Positions 19,471 through 28,939 of a stretch of 64,000 bases of DNA are shown piece after piece. Source of the stretch: Candidatus Latescibacterota bacterium (GTDB lineage: Bacteria; Latescibacterota; UBA2968; GCA-2709665); NCBI GenBank assembly GCA_965208835.1, contig OZ242358.1, forward strand, positions 1,632,001 through 1,696,000, read 5' to 3'. The translations under genes and the position numbers were made by a program. Every line of letters begins with the position of its first letter. The first letter of the stretch is position 1. The notes under the pieces were generated by a model. That model saw only the letters and a list, made by a program, of their open reading frames with translations. It did no database searches and was not told where the DNA came from.

Positions 19471-20238
19471 TCAACGAATGTAGATCCCGCCGTTGGCGTC
19501 GATGATTTCGCCCGTTATGAAGCTTCCCTGGTCGGAAGCCAGGAGCATCACGGCGCCGACCATTTCCTCGGCCAGCCCGACCCGTTTCAGCGGTGTGGCT
19601 TCTCCGAAGGATTCAAGTTGCTCCGGTGTGGAATGCCGGTGCTGCATCGGCGTGTCGATCACGCCCGGCGCCAGGGCATTCACCCTGATGCCGTACGGCG
19701 CCAGTTCCCTGGCGAGTCCCCTTGTGAACGTGTTGACCCCGCCCTTTGCGGTACCGTAGGGAAGGGTGCCGCCGCCTCCGCCCGTATGGCCCGCGACGGA
19801 GGATATATTCACGATGGCGCCGGTACGGTTTTCCTGCATGGCGGGAATGGCCGCACGGCAGCAGAGGAACACGCTCTTCAGATTGACGTTGATCATGTGG
19901 TCCCAAAGTTCCTCGGGGCACTCGGCAATGCGCGCCTTGTCCATCCACTGTCCGGCATTGTTAATTAGCACATCCAGCCGACCGCCGAAGACTTCCAGGG
20001 TATGGTCCACCATTCGCTGCACGTCCGTCGCACTGCAGACGTCCGTCCGCAGGGTTTCCACGCGGCCCGTCAGCGGCGCGGCCTCCTCCTTGAGTTCGTC
20101 CGCGCCGGCCCTGTTGCTGTTGTAGGTGGCGACGACAGATGCGCCTTCGTCTGCAAGTGCGAGTGCGACGACCCTGCCGATTCCGCTGCTGGCGCCGGTA
20201 ACGATTGCGACTTTGCCGGTGAACTGCCGGTCGTTCAT
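19471..20238 (-). CDS. SDR-family oxidoreductase
   Basis: TGASSGIG, NNAG, YGTAK, APG. Confidence 0.92.
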   Translation of the reverse strand: MNDRQFTGKVAIVTGASSGIGRVVALALADEGASVVATYNSNRAGADELKEEAAPLTGRVETLRTDVCSATDVQRMVDHTLEVFGGRLDVLINNAGQWMDKARIAECPEELWDHMINVNLKSVFLCCRAAIPAMQENRTGAIVNISSVAGHTGGGGGTLPYGTAKGGVNTFTRGLARELAPYGIRVNALAPGVIDTPMQHRHSTPEQLESFGEATPLKRVGLAEEMVGAVMLLASDQGSFITGEIIDANGGIYIR

Positions 20239-20302
20239 ATCGGTCCTCTCTCCGCGTCGAAAGACTTTCCGTCTCTGCTGTTGTGCCGCGGGAGCGATCG
20301 TC

Positions 20303-21070
20303 TCAGTGCTTGTCAAACAGCTTCTTCCAGTCCGAGAAGGCCATCTGTCCGCCGTCGGCAACGAGGGTCTGTCCGGTTATGAACCGGGCGTCCGCGGTGG
20401 TGAGAAAGTGTACGATGCCCGCGATTTCCTCGGGTTCGCCGTAGCGTCCCTGCGGTATCAGCTTCAGGTAGTTGTCCAGGGATTCCCTGTCGTCCAGCAG
20501 ATCGTCGTTCGCAGACGTGTTGATGACGCCCGGACAGATGGCGTTCACGCGCACGTTGTGCGGTGCGAATTCTCCCGCGGCGGTTCGGGTGAAGGCAACG
20601 AGCGCGGCTTTGGATGAGTCGTAGGCGGCGGAACCCTTACTGGATACCATAGCGTTGCGGGATGCAATGTTGACAATGACGCCGTCGCCGCGTTCGAGCA
20701 TACCGGGTGCGATCTCCCGGGTAAGAATGAACGGGGCCGTGGTATTGATCCGGTAGATTTCTTCCCATCGGTCCAGGGCGATGTCGACCAGGGGCTCGTA
20801 GCACCAGGCTCCGGCATTGTTGACGAGCACGTCGATGGCCCCGTTCTCCTTCACAAGCTTCGCCACCATGCCGGGGATGGCCTCAAGGTCGTTCAGGTCG
20901 AAGACGCACGTGATGGTGTTGGAAACACATCCGGCCAGCTGCTTCAGCGCGTGTTTGGAACGATCCAGGGCGATGACCCGATGGCCCTCGGCGGAAAACC
21001 GTTTGGCAATGGCTTTGCCGATGCCGCTGCCGGCGCCGGTCACGAAAGCCAGCGTGCCGGATCTGTCCAT
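20303..21070 (-). CDS. SDR-family oxidoreductase
   Basis: TGAGSGIG, NNAG, YDSSK, CPG. Confidence 0.92.
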   Translation of the reverse strand: MDRSGTLAFVTGAGSGIGKAIAKRFSAEGHRVIALDRSKHALKQLAGCVSNTITCVFDLNDLEAIPGMVAKLVKENGAIDVLVNNAGAWCYEPLVDIALDRWEEIYRINTTAPFILTREIAPGMLERGDGVIVNIASRNAMVSSKGSAAYDSSKAALVAFTRTAAGEFAPHNVRVNAICPGVINTSANDDLLDDRESLDNYLKLIPQGRYGEPEEIAGIVHFLTTADARFITGQTLVADGGQMAFSDWKKLFDKH

Positions 21071-21225
21071 GGATTGACCTTAATGAGTCTTTATTTCGGG
21101 GACGTTCAATGGAATAATCGCCGCCGCTTGGCGCCCATACCATCTATGCTTTTTGTGCCCGCCGGCCGCGCTGTACCTGACGCGGACAGGCCTCTTGTGG
21201 CAATTGATCTCAGCCACGGATTTTA

Positions 21226-21315
21226 TGTAGTATCACGTTTTTTGGCAGTTTCGCCGTCTCGTTTTTTGTCTTTCGTAGTCTCGTAGTCTCGTAGTTTCGC
21301 GTTTTTCGTAGCCTC
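21226..21315. repeat. 8-bp tandem repeat array (TCGTAGTC)
   Basis: tcgtagtc tcgtagtc tcgtagtt tcgcgttt t tcgtagcc plus degenerate upstream units; abuts the Gfo/Idh/MocA stop codon. Confidence 0.7.
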
Positions 21316-22518
21316 TCACAGCCATCCCGCAACGGTCCACATGGCGCTGAGGCGGCCGAAGGAGGCATTGCGAAGCGCAGTGGCGTCAGATACGGGGTCG
21401 CCGCCGTAGTATCGATTGAACTCGTCGCGTATGCGCGCTTCGAGGCTGGTGGTTGCGTCCAGCGGAATATCAAGCCAATCGCCTCCGGATTCGGCGCTCT
21501 CGCGCAGCGCCACCCACATTTCATAGTCCAGCCGTCCGCCCTCCGCGCCGTATCGGGGGCTGGTGTTCCGCGTGACGGCCGTGTGAAGGCTTTCCAGAAT
21601 GGCGGCTTTTGCCACGTCGTCCTGACTGGAAATCCTGTACTGCTTGTAGGGATTCTCCCAGGCAATCGGAGGGTCGGTGTCCACCTGCACCCTGGCGAGG
21701 ACCCGTTCGCCGTCGACTTCCTCGTGGATTTCACGGATGGGGCAGGTCTTGGGTCCGCCGGAGTCGTAGAGGGTGAGTTCGCCGCCGGAGAGGTACCCGT
21801 TTACGGCTTCTATATCCCAATTCATGCCGGATGCCGCGCCGGGTATGGTGGGCATTTCGTAGATACACGCCACGTCGTTCTCAAATTCGATCACGCCGCT
21901 TTCCCACCAGCGGGTCGTTTCGCTTCCCCCGCCGTAGTTCCTGTAGGGGGGAACCTCGACGGCCTGGGCGTAACCCATTGCGCGCCGCGGTTTGCTGTCC
22001 AGAATCGTGCGTACGGCGTTCAGGCCGTGATAACTGCCCGCGGGATACCGGAGACGTGCGTGTGTGAGCCTTCCCAGGACGCCCGAACCCACGATTTTCT
22101 GTTTGAGCTGCTCGTTGGGCCAGAGCCAGACGTTTTCAGCGACTTCCCACTTCAGCCCCTTTTCGCTTGCCGCGCGGGCGATCGCGTCACCCATGTCCAG
22201 CGTGAGCGCGTAGGGTATTTCGGTGATTATGTGACAACCGTGTTCAATGCCGGCAAGCGCGGCCACCGTCTGGCCGTCGGTGGGGAGCAGGACGAAGAAG
22301 ACATCCGGCTTTTGTTCCTTCAGCAATGATTCGATGCACGTATAGCGCGCCGGAACGTCGAACTGCTCGCCCGCCGCGTGCAGGGCCTCCCGGCCGGCGT
22401 CGCAGATGGCGCAGAGGTCGTATAGATGCGCAAGCCTTTTGATCGTAGCCAGGTAGCTTCTGGCGCGGGAACCGGCCTCGACGCCGACACCGGCTACGGC
22501 CAGACGCAGCTTGGACAT
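21316..22518 (-). CDS. Gfo/Idh/MocA-family oxidoreductase
   Basis: N-terminal Rossmann fold (KLRLAVAGVG...LCAICD), HIITEIP (EKP-equivalent), VAEN. Confidence 0.8.
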   Translation of the reverse strand: MSKLRLAVAGVGVEAGSRARSYLATIKRLAHLYDLCAICDAGREALHAAGEQFDVPARYTCIESLLKEQKPDVFFVLLPTDGQTVAALAGIEHGCHIITEIPYALTLDMGDAIARAASEKGLKWEVAENVWLWPNEQLKQKIVGSGVLGRLTHARLRYPAGSYHGLNAVRTILDSKPRRAMGYAQAVEVPPYRNYGGGSETTRWWESGVIEFENDVACIYEMPTIPGAASGMNWDIEAVNGYLSGGELTLYDSGGPKTCPIREIHEEVDGERVLARVQVDTDPPIAWENPYKQYRISSQDDVAKAAILESLHTAVTRNTSPRYGAEGGRLDYEMWVALRESAESGGDWLDIPLDATTSLEARIRDEFNRYYGGDPVSDATALRNASFGRLSAMWTVAGWL

Positions 22519-22534
22519 GGAATGAATTCCTCCA

Positions 22535-23341
22535 TTAGATATAGTCTTCCGCGCGGTCCCTCGGGACAAAACCGAGGACCTCCCTGGCGTGGTTCATGTC
22601 CACCCAGCAATACCTGTTGTTGGAGATGCTGTAGAAGATATCGAAACGGAGATCGTCAGGCGCGACGATACAGTCTTCGGTGATCTTCACGACGTCGCGC
22701 TGGCTGCACCACACCGCGGAGAGTTCGGGGCTGGCCGGTCGGTCTTCGGCGTTTACCGCCCCGATCCGCAGAGAGATGCACGAGAGCCCGTGTGCGTCTG
22801 AGTAGAATCGGCACAGGGCTTCACCCCAGACCTTGCTGGCGGAATAGGGTTCCGTGGGCCAGGTCGGGTGTTTGTGCGTGACGATCGGGATGGGGTCGGG
22901 AAGATCGTCGTACCGGCATTCCTGGATGGCCTTGTAGGGTTCTTCGGTCTGATATCCCCAGTTGGTCATGATGGAACTGGCGTAGATGATCCGCCTGACG
23001 CCCGCGAGGCGGCAGGCTTCGAAGACGTTATAGGCCCCAACTACGTTGCTGTTCAAAATGTCGTCCCAGCCGGCTTCGGGCCGCGGATCGGCGGCCATCT
23101 GAACGACAGTGTCCATGCCGTCGACGGCGTTCCGCACGGCGTCCATGTCGGAGAGATCCGCGAGGTGAAATTTGTCGTCCGGGATGTTGAGCATGCGACC
23201 GCCGGGCGCCCGGTCCGAAGGAAAGCGCCTGCGCGCGAGCGCGTACGTGTCGTATACATCGGGTGACTGAACCAGGTGCTCGTAAATGGCGCCCGGGATC
23301 AGCCCGTATACGCCTGTGACGAGAACTCTTCGGGGGGGCAT
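22535..23341 (-). CDS. NAD-dependent epimerase/dehydratase (uronate dehydrogenase-like)
   Basis: VLVTGVYGLI, GAYNVFEAC, YASS, YSASKVWGE, SLRIG. Confidence 0.85.
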   Translation of the reverse strand: MPPRRVLVTGVYGLIPGAIYEHLVQSPDVYDTYALARRRFPSDRAPGGRMLNIPDDKFHLADLSDMDAVRNAVDGMDTVVQMAADPRPEAGWDDILNSNVVGAYNVFEACRLAGVRRIIYASSIMTNWGYQTEEPYKAIQECRYDDLPDPIPIVTHKHPTWPTEPYSASKVWGEALCRFYSDAHGLSCISLRIGAVNAEDRPASPELSAVWCSQRDVVKITEDCIVAPDDLRFDIFYSISNNRYCWVDMNHAREVLGFVPRDRAEDYI

Positions 23342-23689
23342 GTCACCTCCATGGAGGGATGTGTTCGCGATAAGGCCTGGACGGATCAAATATCAGAAGA
23401 CACTTAATAAAGCAATATGTAATAACTACTTGCTCAGATCATTCGAGAAAGCGTGACGCTTCCGGTCGTCCCCGCGGTTCCCCGACGAATGGCGAATCAA
23501 GTTAACGCAACCGCGTGAAATAGGAAAGAGAAAACGCGACTGCTCGCCTCATCCGCCGGGCCGGTGGAATCAGCTGAATTCCGTTGGTTTTCGGCTTTCA
23601 CTCGTCTGCACAAACCGGCTTTTCGACTCTGCGTGGGATATGTAACGGCAGCCCGCGGGCCATTGCGGTGTGGGAGGGGTTTAATTTCG

Positions 23690-23717
23690 TTGACACACGG
23701 CGCGACGCGTCTATATT
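23690..23717 (+). promoter_or_regulatory. Sigma70 promoter for the UMP kinase-purD operon
   Basis: TTGACA-16-TATATT. Confidence 0.6.
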
Positions 23718-23900
23718 AAACCGGTATGGTTTGCAGGAGGCGCCTTCCCGCAGCGTTTCGGATCAGATATTCCCGTCTGGTGCATGAAACGCCCGCGGCG
23801 ACTCCGGGTTTCACCCTCGACCCGCAATCCGAGTTCCTTCCTCCCCCGGTTTTCACCCCATACTTGTCATTCCATCCGTACCCCGGAGTGTACCAGAATA

Positions 23901-24635
23901 ATGAGATACAGGCGAATTGTGCTTAAGTTGAGCGGCGCGGCCGTCGCGGGTGACCGGGAATTCGGTTTTGACCCGATTGCGCTGGAGTACATCGCCGATG
24001 AAATCCTGGCTGTTCACAGGCTGGGCGTCGGCGTCGGCGTGGTTATCGGCGGCGGGAACATCTTCAGAGGGATGCTCGGCGCGCAGTGGGGCATCGAAGA
24101 GTCCGAAGCCCACAACATCGGTATGCTCGGAACGATCGTCAACAGCCTGATGTTGCGGGGCGTGATGACCGCCCGGAGCGACGCCGAAGTGCGCGTGATG
24201 ACGGCGATTCCGATCAACGCGGTCGCCGAACCGTTTATCCGGCTGCGCGCCATCCACCACATCGAAAAGGGCTATATCGTCATCTTCGCCGGCGGTATCG
24301 GCAATCCCTACGTCACAACGGACTATCCCGGTGTCCAAAGGGCCCTTGAGATCCGGGCGGATGCCATTCTTTTCGCGAAACACAAAACAGCCGGCGTATA
24401 TACCGACGATCCGAACAGGAGACCCGATGCGCGACTGTACCGAAGCGTCGGCTACGATACCGTGGTGCGGGAAAACCTGGGCGCGCTGGACCAGTCCGCG
24501 GTGATTCTGGCCAGGGACAACCGGCTTCCCATCCATGTATTCGATTTCGACACACGCGGGACCATGCGGCGGATTCTCGAGGGCGAGGATCTGGGTACGG
24601 TGATCGCGCATGGTGCCGACGACGAGTTAGAATAG
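23901..24635 (+). CDS. Uridylate kinase family protein (divergent PyrH paralog)
   Basis: RIVLKLSG, VIGGGNIFRG, GMLGTIVNS, GNPYVTTD, GVYTDDP. Confidence 0.85.
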   Translation: MRYRRIVLKLSGAAVAGDREFGFDPIALEYIADEILAVHRLGVGVGVVIGGGNIFRGMLGAQWGIEESEAHNIGMLGTIVNSLMLRGVMTARSDAEVRVMTAIPINAVAEPFIRLRAIHHIEKGYIVIFAGGIGNPYVTTDYPGVQRALEIRADAILFAKHKTAGVYTDDPNRRPDARLYRSVGYDTVVRENLGALDQSAVILARDNRLPIHVFDFDTRGTMRRILEGEDLGTVIAHGADDELE

Positions 24636-24675
24636 GTATAGTGAACAAAGACGCCAACGCGAGGGTTCCGTTCAG

Positions 24676-25956
24676 ATGAAAGTGTTGATTGTGGGAAAGG
24701 GGGGGCGCGAGCACACGTTCGCGTGGAAGATCTCCCGGAGTCCGAAGGTGAGCCGCATCTATGCCGCTCCCGGAAATCCGGGAATGGCCGGACATGCCAC
24801 TTGCGTGGATATCGGCGTCGACGACCCGGACGGACTCGTGGCGTTCGCGCGGCGGGAACGCATCGATCTGACCGTGGTCGGGCCCGAAGACCCGCTTGCA
24901 AACGGGCTTGCGGACCGGTTCGAGGCGTTGGGGCTTCGGGTGTTTGGCCCCTCGCAAGCAGCGGCACAGATCGAGGCCGACAAGGACTTTGCGCTCCGTC
25001 TGATGCACAAACATGGTATTCCCACGGGCGAGTATCGAACGTTTACGGACCCGGACGACGCGCGGGGGTTCGTGCGGGACTGGGGAGCGCCGGTAGTACT
25101 GAAGGCCTCGGGTCTGGCGGCCGGAAAGGGTGCGCTGGTGTGCCATACGGTGGATGAGGCGCTGCGTGCTGTGGACCGGGTACTCGTCGACCGGGAGTTC
25201 GGCGACGCCGGTGAGAAGCTGGTGCTGATGGAGTATCTGGAGGGAGAGGAAGCGTCGATTACGGGGTTTACCGACGGGAAACACGTGGTGTGCGTCGTCC
25301 CGTCCCAGGACCACAAAACCATCGGCGAGGGCGATACCGGCCCCAATACCGGGGGCATGGGCGCTTACGCACCGGCCTCCGTGGTGACGCCGCAGATGCA
25401 GAAGGTCATACTGGAACGCGTGATGCTGCCCACGGTTAATGCGCTCGCGGCGGAAGGGCGGCCGTACAAGGGGATCCTCTATGGCGGCTTGATCCTGACC
25501 GAAAGCGGGCCCCGCGTTATCGAATTCAACTGCCGACTGGGCGACCCGGAGGCGCAGGTGGTGCTGCCGTTGCTGAAGACCGATCTTGTGGACATTATGG
25601 AAGCCGTGTCCGAAGGCACCCTCAAAGACCTGGAAATCGAGCTGGACGATCGGGCCGCAACCTGCGTGGTTCTGGCTTCCGGAGGGTATCCGGGCGCGTA
25701 CCAAACCGGATTTGCGATTTCCGGGCTGGATGAGGCGGAAACCGAGGACGACGTGCTGGTGTTTCACGCGGGCACGGCGCGGCGTGGAGGTTCAACTGTT
25801 ACCGACGGCGGCAGGGTACTGGGGGTAACGGCCGTTGGTGCGGATATCAGGGCTTCCGTCAATCTTGCGTACAAGGCGATCGGAAAGATTCAATTCGAAA
25901 ATGCGTATTTCCGGAAGGACATCGCACACCGCGCTCTGGAGCGTCAGGAGGTGTGA
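24676..25956 (+). CDS. purD: Phosphoribosylamine--glycine ligase
   Basis: GKGGREH, APGNPG, VVGPE, QDHK, GPNTGGMGAY, EFNCRLGDPE. Confidence 0.98.
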   Translation: MKVLIVGKGGREHTFAWKISRSPKVSRIYAAPGNPGMAGHATCVDIGVDDPDGLVAFARRERIDLTVVGPEDPLANGLADRFEALGLRVFGPSQAAAQIEADKDFALRLMHKHGIPTGEYRTFTDPDDARGFVRDWGAPVVLKASGLAAGKGALVCHTVDEALRAVDRVLVDREFGDAGEKLVLMEYLEGEEASITGFTDGKHVVCVVPSQDHKTIGEGDTGPNTGGMGAYAPASVVTPQMQKVILERVMLPTVNALAAEGRPYKGILYGGLILTESGPRVIEFNCRLGDPEAQVVLPLLKTDLVDIMEAVSEGTLKDLEIELDDRAATCVVLASGGYPGAYQTGFAISGLDEAETEDDVLVFHAGTARRGGSTVTDGGRVLGVTAVGADIRASVNLAYKAIGKIQFENAYFRKDIAHRALERQEV

Positions 25957-25991
25957 GATCGCCGGGCCGGTGTTTCCGCGGGTGACGGATC

Positions 25992-27209
25992 ATGGAAACG
26001 CACGTTGACGAACAGATCCGGGGGTATCGTGCGGCTGTGACGGAGGCCGTGCTGGATGGGGACACGTTCCTCCGGCTCACGATGAGCGGGAAAGTTCGCG
26101 GTCAGCAGACGCCCTGGGTGAAAGTCGTCGCGCGGCCGGTGGCGGCCAGGCGAAAGCGAGGGATTCAGGTCTCGTATTTCAGCGATAAGAAGAACCTGCA
26201 GAAGAACTTCGTAGGCGAGGAGGTCGGCCCCGCTCTTGAGTCGCTGTTGGGGCTTCCCTTCGGCCAGATCCATGTACAATGCACTTCAAGGGACCTGCAC
26301 GTCCGCAGGACGAAGAAGAATCGCGTGCTGATGAGGCACGGCAGACCGTCCCGACCGGACGAAGCGCCCGTCTTCGACCACAATCGCAAAAAGCGGCGCC
26401 TCCTCGAAGGAGAAGGGGCCGGGGAATTGCTACGGGCGATAGGGATTGCGGGCAAACGCGGCGACGTGCTTCCGTCAATGCAGGGCAAGTTCCGGCAGGT
26501 CAACGAGTTTCTCAGGCATCTCCGGCAGATGATCCGTTCGGCGAAGCCGTCGATGCAACGGATACAGATGGTGGATTGCGGTTGCGGCCGCGCTTACCTG
26601 ACTTTTGCCGCGCACGACTATCTGTCCCGGAAGAAGGGCATACCCACGCATCTGACGGGGATCGATCACGATCCGGCAATCGTGGAGACATGCCGCGCGA
26701 TCAGGGACGATCTGCAATTGAGCGGCGTGGATTTTCGCATCTGCGAAATCGCGGAGTACGTTCCGGAAACCGGACCGGATATCGTCTTGAGCCTGCACGC
26801 CTGCGATACGGCCACCGACGAGGCGATCGCCCTGGGAGTGCAACGGGGAAGCAGAATTATCCTTGCTGCGCCGTGCTGCCAGCACGAACTCCGCTCTCAG
26901 CTGGATGCAGACGTTTTCGGTCCGGTGCTACGCCACGGCGTTCTGAAGCAACGCACCGCCGATATTCTGACGGATGCGTTTCGTGCGCAGGCGTTGCGGA
27001 TTATGGGATACCGGACCGACGTTGTGGAATTCGTGGACCCCGAGCGTACGGCAAAGAACCTGATGATCCGTGCGGTGAAGACCGCGCCTCCCGGCGACGA
27101 CGCGGAGGCTGTGGATTCGTATCGGAAGCTCAGGGCGTTCTGGAACGTCTCTCCCAGCATCGAGCGGTTGCTCGGCAAGCCCTTCCAGCGAATGACAGGG
27201 GTTGGCTGA
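25992..27209 (+). CDS. Class I SAM-dependent methyltransferase
   Basis: KFRQVNEFL, VDCGCGRAYLTF, SLHACDTATD, APCCQHE, TAKNLMIRA. Confidence 0.85.
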   Translation: METHVDEQIRGYRAAVTEAVLDGDTFLRLTMSGKVRGQQTPWVKVVARPVAARRKRGIQVSYFSDKKNLQKNFVGEEVGPALESLLGLPFGQIHVQCTSRDLHVRRTKKNRVLMRHGRPSRPDEAPVFDHNRKKRRLLEGEGAGELLRAIGIAGKRGDVLPSMQGKFRQVNEFLRHLRQMIRSAKPSMQRIQMVDCGCGRAYLTFAAHDYLSRKKGIPTHLTGIDHDPAIVETCRAIRDDLQLSGVDFRICEIAEYVPETGPDIVLSLHACDTATDEAIALGVQRGSRIILAAPCCQHELRSQLDADVFGPVLRHGVLKQRTADILTDAFRAQALRIMGYRTDVVEFVDPERTAKNLMIRAVKTAPPGDDAEAVDSYRKLRAFWNVSPSIERLLGKPFQRMTGVG

Positions 27210-27272
27210 GGTGTTCGCGTCACGGCGAGACCGCGGGCTCAACAACGAGCCGATCAATCATAACAAAGGAGG

Positions 27273-27728
27273 ATGAGGGTCGTGGTTGGCATAATTATGG
27301 GCAGCAAGTCCGATGAACCGATCATGCAGAAAGCGGTCCCCGTTCTGGAAGAACTGGGGATCGCATACGAGATGACCGTATCGTCCGCGCATCGGAATCC
27401 CGATCGGACGGGCGAATACGGGCGCACTGCCGAGGCGCGCGGACTGAAGGTGATTATCGCGGGGGCGGGACTGGCGGCCGCGTTGCCGGGCGTGATGGCG
27501 GCGCACACGACGCTGCCGGTTATCGGCGTGCCGATTGCCTCCGGCGCGCTGAACGGAGTCGATTCGCTCTATGCGATCGTGCAGATGCCGCCGGGAGTAC
27601 CCGTGGGCTGCGTGGGAATCGACAACGCGCGAAACGCGGCCGTGCTGGCCGCGCAGATCGTCGCGCAGACCGATCCGGACGTCAAGGCAAGACTGGAAGC
27701 CTACAAGCAGGCCCTCGCGGCGGGATAG
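27273..27728 (+). CDS. purE: N5-CAIR mutase / AIR carboxylase
   Basis: IMGSKSD, SAHR, AGAGLAAALPG, PVIGVP, VQMPPGVPV. Confidence 0.97.
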   Translation: MRVVVGIIMGSKSDEPIMQKAVPVLEELGIAYEMTVSSAHRNPDRTGEYGRTAEARGLKVIIAGAGLAAALPGVMAAHTTLPVIGVPIASGALNGVDSLYAIVQMPPGVPVGCVGIDNARNAAVLAAQIVAQTDPDVKARLEAYKQALAAG

Positions 27729-27811
27729 CAAGGGTGTCTGGCGGCTCGGGATTTTAGGCGCATGCCGTGAGGTATGCGCCTCTTGTCATTGGAACCATTC
27801 GAGGATTTGCG

Positions 27812-28939
27812 TCAGGCTGGGGACGTAAGGCGGGAGGCGTCGGTCAATTCCCGTACGACGGAGCGTGCATCGCCCGCCTTTTTCAGGATATCCACCTGCC
27901 GCTGCGCCCACGTCGGCCCGGACGCCAGATCCAGAGTCCGTTCGAGATAGGGAACGCAGTCCAGTTCCAGGGCGGTGGGTTTGAGTTGATCGACGAGGCG
28001 CTTGACGAGTTCGCGTGCCGGCTGGGGCTGGTAGGTGTCAGAGTCGACTAGCTGAGCGTCGAGCCCGTACCGGGCCGCGCGCCATTTGTTCTGGCGAATG
28101 AGCATGGGGTGGCAGTCGTGCTGGTACGCGCCGTGGTCGATGTGGTCGGAGAGGTATTTGATGAGCGACTGCATCATGGCCACAAGGCCCAGTGTGTCAT
28201 GAAAGTTACCGGGAATATCGCAGATGCGGATCTCGACCGTACCGAATCTGTTGTGGGGGCGAACGTCCCACCAGATTTCCCTTATCGTCTCGATGTAGCC
28301 CGTTTCCACGAGGTGATTCACCAGCCAGACGTATTCACTCCAGTTTCGCATCAGCGGGGGCAGGCCGGCCGTGGGCAGACCGTCCATGATCTTGGACCGC
28401 CACGAGCAGACACCCGTGTCGCGTCCTTCCCAGAACGGGCTGTTGCAGCTCAGCGCCAGAAGGAGCGGCATGTATCGCAATATGAACTCACAGATCATGA
28501 CTGCCTTGTCGCCGCTGTCCACGCCCACGTGCACGTGCAGACCGAACGTGACGAGTTGACGGGCCGTGTCCTGCAGCAGATCCACCAGGCTTGCGTAGCG
28601 TTTGTTGGGCGTGATTTCCTGTTCCTGCCAGGTGGAAAACGGATGGGTTGCAGACCAGTAGAGCCGCACGCCCTCCCGATCGGCAATGGCCTCCAGCGCG
28701 CACAGCTTCTTCCTGAGGTCCGCCTCGACCTCCTGCAGTGTCATGCAGACATCTGAGTTGATTTCCACGTAACACTGCATCAACTCCGGCTTGATCGTCC
28801 CCTCCAGTTCCGGCGGCACGCGGTCCAGAAGTCTCTGGCTGGCGCTGCACAACGCCATCGTCCGACTGTCAACCAGCGCTAATTCGATTTCCACGCCGAC
28901 CGTGGGTTCGCGGCTGGGGTTGAATTCCATCCGGCTCAT
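27812..28939 (-). CDS. YbdK/GCS2-family carboxylate-amine ligase
   Basis: TVGVEIEL, PELMQCYVE, THPF, FGLHVHVG, IWWDVRP, GTVEIRICD, NKWRAARYG. Confidence 0.92.
   Translation of the reverse strand: MSRMEFNPSREPTVGVEIELALVDSRTMALCSASQRLLDRVPPELEGTIKPELMQCYVEINSDVCMTLQEVEADLRKKLCALEAIADREGVRLYWSATHPFSTWQEQEITPNKRYASLVDLLQDTARQLVTFGLHVHVGVDSGDKAVMICEFILRYMPLLLALSCNSPFWEGRDTGVCSWRSKIMDGLPTAGLPPLMRNWSEYVWLVNHLVETGYIETIREIWWDVRPHNRFGTVEIRICDIPGNFHDTLGLVAMMQSLIKYLSDHIDHGAYQHDCHPMLIRQNKWRAARYGLDAQLVDSDTYQPQPARELVKRLVDQLKPTALELDCVPYLERTLDLASGPTWAQRQVDILKKAGDARSVVRELTDASRLTSPA

Noticed and set aside
21226-21315. CRISPR array
   Set aside because: 8-bp tandem units without spacers; no cas genes or 25-40 bp regularly spaced repeats anywhere in the window
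23901-24635. Calling the kinase the housekeeping pyrH
   Set aside because: Context (no tsf/frr) and divergent motifs suggest a paralog; symbol withheld
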